From: an uncultured Acidiphilium sp.
GTDB taxonomy: Bacteria; Bacillota; Clostridia; Christensenellales; Borkfalkiaceae
Length of the DNA: 30,098 nucleotides
Assembly (NCBI GenBank): GCA_964585955.1
Contig: CAZPFZ010000001.1
Location: 1 to 30,098 of the forward strand
Reading direction: 5' to 3'
Both the position numbers and the translations under genes were made by a program. The first letter of the stretch is position 1. Every line of letters starts with the position of its first letter. Positions 25,124 to 30,098 of this stretch are shown here, one piece after another. The notes beneath the pieces are model-generated. The model made no database searches, was not told where the DNA came from, and worked only from the letters and a program-made list of their open reading frames with translations.

Positions 25124-26701
25124 ATGAAATATCAAGTACAAAACCCCATTTTAAGAGGTTTTCACCCCGATCCTTGTATGATCTATGTAAATGGCACATA
25201 TTATATTGCCACATCCACGTTTGAATATTACCCCGGCGTTAAAATTTCCGCCTCGGAAGATCTTGCCAATTGGCGTACTGTTTCTTATCCGTTAAAAGAG
25301 CTTCGTTTGCTTGATATGCGCGGTGATGTTGCTTCAACGGGTATTTGGGCGCCTGCATTGTCGTATGCGGACGGTAAATTCTGGTTAATTTTTACCAATC
25401 AAAGACAATGGGTAGACGAACATTTAAAAGATACCGAAAATTACCTTACCACTTGCGAAACAATCGACGGAAAATGGAGCGATCCCATAAAGCTTAACGG
25501 TAGTGGTTTTGATCCGTCACTTTTCCATGACGACGATGGTAAAAAATATCTTGTTAACATGCGTTGGGATTACCGTTATGAAAACGATGGTGTACGTTTT
25601 AGGGGTATTTTACTGCAAGAATACGATCATTCGCAAAAGAAACTTATCGGAAAACCCAAAGTTATTTTTGAAGGAACCGAAAGAAAAATTACCGAAGGAC
25701 CTCACATTTTTAAAAAAGATGGATATTATTATCTTTTGACTGCAGAAGGCGGTACAGGTTTAACTCACAGTGCAACACTTGCGCGCAGTCGCAATATCGA
25801 AGGACCTTACGAATTGCATCCGAATAAACATATTATTACAGCATGGGAAACTGATTGTTATTTGCAAAAAGCGGGACACGCAAGTCTTTGTCAAGGTAAA
25901 AACGGAGAGTGGATAATGGCGCACCTTTGCGGTAGACCGTTACCTGACGGACGTTGTATGCTCGGACGCGAAACAGCTTTACAAAATGTGGAATGGCACG
26001 AGGACGGTTGGTGTTATTTAACAAACGGCACAATGAACCCCTCCGACACTTTTGAAGCTTTTGCGCCCGCGAAAGAACGCAAAAAAGAATGGCTTTATGA
26101 ATTTAACGGCGAACCTTTCGATATAGATATGATGACCTTGCGTCAACCGTTTGGTGATGACGTATTTGATCAAAAATCGCGTAGCGGATGGCTTCGCATA
26201 AGGGGACAAAAGAGTTTACTTGCTTTGCAAGATCAATCGCTTTTGTTGCGCCGCCAAGAAGCTTTTGCCTTTGAAGCTGAAACAATGCTTGAGTTTGACC
26301 CCGAGTCTTTTAATCATTGGGCAGGCCTTTCCTATCGTTATAGCGAAAATAACCAGCATTATTTGTATGTTTCTTATGATGATGCAACAAATTCGAGAGA
26401 GTTGTTAAAAATTACTTACGATAACAGCAAGTTTAAGTTGGAAAGAATTACAAAATTGCCCGAAAAGGGCGGAGTATGGATGAAAGTTTGCGTGGATCAT
26501 GCAGACGGTCAGTTTTACTATTCACTCGACGGCAAAAAATATGAAAAAGCAGGTGATGCTTTTGATGCATCCAAGCTTAGCGATGAATACAATAGACCTT
26601 TGGCATTTACAGGACCGTATGTAGGTATTGGCTGTCAAGATTTTTCAGATGCGAAAAAAACAGCGGATTTTAAGTATCTACTTTATAAAGAATTAGATTA
26701 A
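25124..26701 (+). CDS. GH43 beta-xylosidase / arabinofuranosidase (XynB-like, with C-terminal beta-sandwich), cytoplasmic
   Basis: NPILRGFHPDP (base Asp), GIWAPALSY, GFDPSLFHDDDG (pKa Asp), TEGPHIFKKDGYYYL (acid Glu), RRQEAF and FTGPYVG; no signal peptide. Confidence 0.92.
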   Translation: MKYQVQNPILRGFHPDPCMIYVNGTYYIATSTFEYYPGVKISASEDLANWRTVSYPLKELRLLDMRGDVASTGIWAPALSYADGKFWLIFTNQRQWVDEHLKDTENYLTTCETIDGKWSDPIKLNGSGFDPSLFHDDDGKKYLVNMRWDYRYENDGVRFRGILLQEYDHSQKKLIGKPKVIFEGTERKITEGPHIFKKDGYYYLLTAEGGTGLTHSATLARSRNIEGPYELHPNKHIITAWETDCYLQKAGHASLCQGKNGEWIMAHLCGRPLPDGRCMLGRETALQNVEWHEDGWCYLTNGTMNPSDTFEAFAPAKERKKEWLYEFNGEPFDIDMMTLRQPFGDDVFDQKSRSGWLRIRGQKSLLALQDQSLLLRRQEAFAFEAETMLEFDPESFNHWAGLSYRYSENNQHYLYVSYDDATNSRELLKITYDNSKFKLERITKLPEKGGVWMKVCVDHADGQFYYSLDGKKYEKAGDAFDASKLSDEYNRPLAFTGPYVGIGCQDFSDAKKTADFKYLLYKELD

Positions 26702-26716
26702 TTAGAGGTACATATA

Positions 26717-28033
26717 ATGGAAAAATTTAAAAATATTCCTCAAATAAAATACGAGGGAGCCGATAGTAAAAATCCGTTAGCATTTAAATATTACGATGCC
26801 GATAGAGTGATTATGGGTAAAAAAATGAAGGAACACCTTCCTTTTGCAATGGCGTGGTGGCATAATCTTTGCGCTACGGGAACAGATATGTTCGGTCGCG
26901 GTGTTGCAGATAAATCTTTTGGTGCACAAGAAGGCACTATGGAACATGCAAAAGCTAAAGTAGATGCCGGATTTGAATTCATGCAAAAGCTTGGCATAGA
27001 ATATTTTTGTTTTCACGATGTAGATATTGTACCCGAAGCAGATGATATTAAGGAAACTAATCGCCGTTTGGATGAAATTTCCGATTATATCTTAATAAAA
27101 ATGAAACAAACAGGCATAAAATGTTTGTGGGGAACAGCAAATATGTTTGGTAATCCACGTTTTTGTAACGGTGCAGGATCTTCAAATAGTGCAGATGTAT
27201 TCGCTTTTGCCGCAGCACAGGTAAAAAAGGCGTTGGATATAACTGTAAAACTCGGCGGAAAAGGTTATGTTTTTTGGGGCGGCAGAGAAGGTTATGAAAC
27301 ATTGCTTAATACCGACGTAAAATTCGAGCAAGAAAACATTGCTCGTCTTATGAAAATGGCTGTAACGTACGGTAGAAGTATCGGCTTTACCGGTGATTTC
27401 TATATTGAGCCCAAGCCGAAGGAACCTATGAAACATCAATACGATTTTGATGCAGCAACAGCAATCGGATTCCTTCGCCAATATGGCTTAGATAAAGATT
27501 TTAAATTGAATATTGAGGCAAATCATGCAACGCTTGCGGGGCATACATTCCAGCACGACCTTCGCATTTCCGCAATTAACGGTATGCTTGGTTCGATTGA
27601 TGCAAATCAAGGGGATTATTTGCTTGGTTGGGATACCGATGAATTTCCGTTTGATGTATACACGGCAACAATGTGTATGTATGAAGTTTTAAAAGCCGGT
27701 GGGCTTACCGGCGGATTTAATTTTGACGCAAAAAACCGCCGTCCTTCTTACACAGTAGAAGATATGTTTGAAGGGTATATTCTCGGCATGGATACATTTG
27801 CACTCGGCTTAATAAAGGCTGCGGCTTTAATCGAAGACGGCAGAGTTGACGAATTTATCAAAAAACGCTATGCAAGTTATAGGGAAACCGAAATAGGTAA
27901 AAAGATTTTGTCGAACGAAACTAATTTGCAAGAATTATCCGCTTATGCTGAAAAGCTCGGTGCCCCTGAACTTCCCGGTAGCGGTAAACAAGAATATCTC
28001 GAAACAGTTGTCAATAGTGTATTATTTAAATAA
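26717..28033 (+). CDS. xylA: Xylose isomerase (class II)
   Basis: [49 protein letters not shown]. Confidence 0.98.
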   Translation: MEKFKNIPQIKYEGADSKNPLAFKYYDADRVIMGKKMKEHLPFAMAWWHNLCATGTDMFGRGVADKSFGAQEGTMEHAKAKVDAGFEFMQKLGIEYFCFHDVDIVPEADDIKETNRRLDEISDYILIKMKQTGIKCLWGTANMFGNPRFCNGAGSSNSADVFAFAAAQVKKALDITVKLGGKGYVFWGGREGYETLLNTDVKFEQENIARLMKMAVTYGRSIGFTGDFYIEPKPKEPMKHQYDFDAATAIGFLRQYGLDKDFKLNIEANHATLAGHTFQHDLRISAINGMLGSIDANQGDYLLGWDTDEFPFDVYTATMCMYEVLKAGGLTGGFNFDAKNRRPSYTVEDMFEGYILGMDTFALGLIKAAALIEDGRVDEFIKKRYASYRETEIGKKILSNETNLQELSAYAEKLGAPELPGSGKQEYLETVVNSVLFK

Positions 28034-28035
28034 CT

Positions 28036-29502
28036 ATGAATACGTATATCGGAGTTGATTTGGGTACAAGCGGCGTAAAAATTCTGCTTGTGGCTGCCAA
28101 TGGCGAAATTTTATTTGAAATAACGGAAAGTTATCCCATATATTACCCACAAGACGGATGGAGCGAACAATCGCCTGAAGATTGGCTAAATGCAGTAAAA
28201 AAAGGCTTAGAACGGTTGTTTGCCGATGGTATGCATAAAAGAACGGATGTTAAAGGTTTGTCCTTTGGCGGTCAAATGCACGGTTTGGTATTGCTTGATA
28301 AAAACGATGAAGTTATTCGTCCTGCAATACTTTGGAATGATGGTAGAACGCAAAAGCAGACTAACTACCTTAATGAAATTATAGGGCGAGAAAATCTTTC
28401 TAAGTATACTGCAAATATTGCATTTGCGGGCTTTACGGCACCAAAAATTTTATGGGTAAAGCAAAATGAGCCCGAAAATTTTGCACGTATTGCGAAAATA
28501 TGCTTACCCAAGGATTATATTGCATATAAGTTAACAGGCGTTTTTTCAACAGATTATTCAGATGCAAGCGGTATGCTTCTTCTTGATGTAAAAAACAAAT
28601 GCTGGTCTAAGGAAATGTGTGAAATTTGTTCCATCAAAGAAGAATGGCTTCCCACGTTGTATGAAAGTTATGAGCAAACAGGAAAGCCTTTAAGCGAATA
28701 TCTGTTACCTAATGCAATTGTAACAGCCGGGGCAGGCGATAATGCCGCTGCCGCTATCGGTACGGGAACTGTAAAAAACGGTGATTGTAATATTTCGCTC
28801 GGTACTAGTGGTACTGTATTTGTTGCAGAGGATAATTTTTCGGCAGATAAAATGAATGCATTGCATGTATTTGCTCACGCTACGGGCAAATGGCATTTTA
28901 TGGGGTGCATTTTGTCGGCGGCAAGTGCGAATAAATGGTGGATGGAAGATATTCTCGGTTCTAATAATTACGATATACAAATTGATGGCATAGATGAAAA
29001 ACTTGGCGAAAACAGGGTGTACTTTCTGCCATATTTAATGGGCGAAAGAAGTCCACATAACGATGTAAACGCAAGCGGCGTATTTATAGGTATGCGTCCT
29101 GATACAACAAAAGAAGAAATGAGCCTTGCAGTTTTAGAAGGTGTTTCGTTTGCTCTTCGTGATTGCTTAGAAGTCGTAAAAGAGAACGGTATTGTAATTA
29201 ACAAAACAAATATTTGCGGGGGCGGCGCAAAGAGTAAACTTTGGAGAAAAATTATTGCAAATGTTTTAAATGTAGAAGTTTGTTCTTTAAAAACAGAACA
29301 AGGTCCCGCCTATGGGGCGGCAATGCTTGCAATGGTTGGAGCGTGTGAGTATATTTCAGTGGAAAAAGCATCAGCTGCACTTATAAAAATTGATTATTCA
29401 ATTTTACCTCAATCCGAAATTGTACAAAAATATGAAAAACGCTATGCTGTTTTTAAAACGTTATATCCTGCATTAAAGAATATCTTTTCAAATATTTCAT
29501 AA
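28036..29502 (+). CDS. xylB: Xylulokinase (FGGY family)
   Basis: IGVDLGTSGVK, SFGGQMHG, AILWNDGR, GAGDNAAAA, SLGTSG and PYLMGERSP; immediately downstream of xylA. Confidence 0.95.
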   Translation: MNTYIGVDLGTSGVKILLVAANGEILFEITESYPIYYPQDGWSEQSPEDWLNAVKKGLERLFADGMHKRTDVKGLSFGGQMHGLVLLDKNDEVIRPAILWNDGRTQKQTNYLNEIIGRENLSKYTANIAFAGFTAPKILWVKQNEPENFARIAKICLPKDYIAYKLTGVFSTDYSDASGMLLLDVKNKCWSKEMCEICSIKEEWLPTLYESYEQTGKPLSEYLLPNAIVTAGAGDNAAAAIGTGTVKNGDCNISLGTSGTVFVAEDNFSADKMNALHVFAHATGKWHFMGCILSAASANKWWMEDILGSNNYDIQIDGIDEKLGENRVYFLPYLMGERSPHNDVNASGVFIGMRPDTTKEEMSLAVLEGVSFALRDCLEVVKENGIVINKTNICGGGAKSKLWRKIIANVLNVEVCSLKTEQGPAYGAAMLAMVGACEYISVEKASAALIKIDYSILPQSEIVQKYEKRYAVFKTLYPALKNIFSNIS

Positions 29503-29510
29503 GAAAAAAT

Positions 29511-29560
29511 AAAAAACGTGTCTTTTAGCAACATAATTGTTAAAAATGAGCACGTTTTTT
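29511..29560 (+). terminator. Intrinsic terminator after xylB
   Basis: AAAAAACGTG..TTTTAGCAA-CATAA-TTGTTAAAA..CACGTTTTTT extended hairpin with T-run. Confidence 0.6.
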
Positions 29561-29584
29561 ATATAGTCTCTTTCATTCAAAATT

Positions 29585-29621
29585 AAAAAGGTATAGTTGT
29601 GAGTCAGCTATACCTTTTTTT
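29585..29621 (+). terminator. Second, bidirectional-looking intrinsic terminator
   Basis: AAAAAGGTATAGTTG-TGAGT-CAGCTATACCTTTTTTT. Confidence 0.8.
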
Positions 29622-29632
29622 ATGTCTTTTAA

Positions 29633-30098
29633 TATTTAAATACGGTAGAAACGATTGTGAATTATCTATTACAAGTGCAAAAAAACCGCATAAAACAAAA
29701 TTCGGTTTTAACGTCGCTCGTAAAAGAAAAACGTCAAACCGAAAATTCAATCAATAACATTATGGAAGCCATTGAACAAGGCGGACAAAGTGCAATGGTA
29801 ATGAAGCGTATGCGAGAACTCGAAAGCAAACTAACCGATATAGAAAAACGACTTACGAAAGAAAAATCTCAAACGGCGTTTAGGCTTACAAAAGAACAGA
29901 TTAAAGAATTTTACAAAGCAGTTCTTGAAAAAGAACCGTTACAACTCATAAACTATTTCGTAAAAGAGATACGACTGTTTGACGACAAAATGATAATTGA
30001 ATACAATACACCTAAAACGATTAACCTTGACGAAAGTCAGGGTTTTTCTTTATGCAAAATTTCGGGCAATTTGCATTATAAAAAACAAAACGTGCCTG
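29633..30098 (+). pseudogene. 5'-truncated large serine recombinase C-terminal fragment (runs off the window)
   Basis: Open frame from 29633 (in-frame TAA at 29630) to the window end: ..LTSLVKEKRQTENSINNIMEAIEQGGQSAMVMKRMRELESKLTDIEKRL..LINYFVKEIRLFDDKMIIEYN... Coiled coil plus FV..I....I.I.YN is typical of the tail of large serine recombinases. No catalytic domain or plausible RBS/start upstream. Confidence 0.65.

Noticed and set aside
484-29204. Numerous 60-125 aa antisense or alternate-frame ORFs in the track
   Set aside because: All overlap long, motif-supported genes and show no recognisable motifs; these are expected shadow ORFs.
1-30098. CRISPR array, rRNA, tRNA or IS element
   Set aside because: No regularly spaced direct repeats, structural RNA signatures, transposase ORF or terminal inverted repeats were seen.

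Overview
AT-rich genomic window, probably from a Clostridia-type Firmicute (inferred from lipoboxes, sigma-A promoters and a solute-binding-protein sugar ABC system). Almost all of it is one carbohydrate-utilisation island arranged around a single AraC-family regulator (14181-15029, minus strand). Left arm (620-14123, +), all exported proteins: a GH39-like lipoprotein, an alkaline-phosphatase lipoprotein, four proteins with no recognisable catalytic domain built from InlB-B/Listeria-Bacteroides-type repeats and CBM9/DOMON-like domains, and a CotH-kinase lipoprotein with a C-terminal CBM6/35-like domain. Right arm (15551-29502, +): a fifth CBM9-like lipoprotein, a second GH39-like paralogue, a cytoplasmic GH2, a sugar ABC transporter (binding protein and two permeases), a GH43 beta-xylosidase, xylose isomerase and xylulokinase. 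After two terminators comes what looks like the start-less 3' part of a large serine recombinase gene, running off the window. The most unusual aspects are about ten CBM9-like domains on five tethered proteins, an exported kinase/phosphatase pair bracketing four of them, a Cys-TM-basic C-terminal anchor, mosaic domain shuffling, and long U-less intergenic hairpins. All family calls come from motif recognition by eye; no database searches were run.
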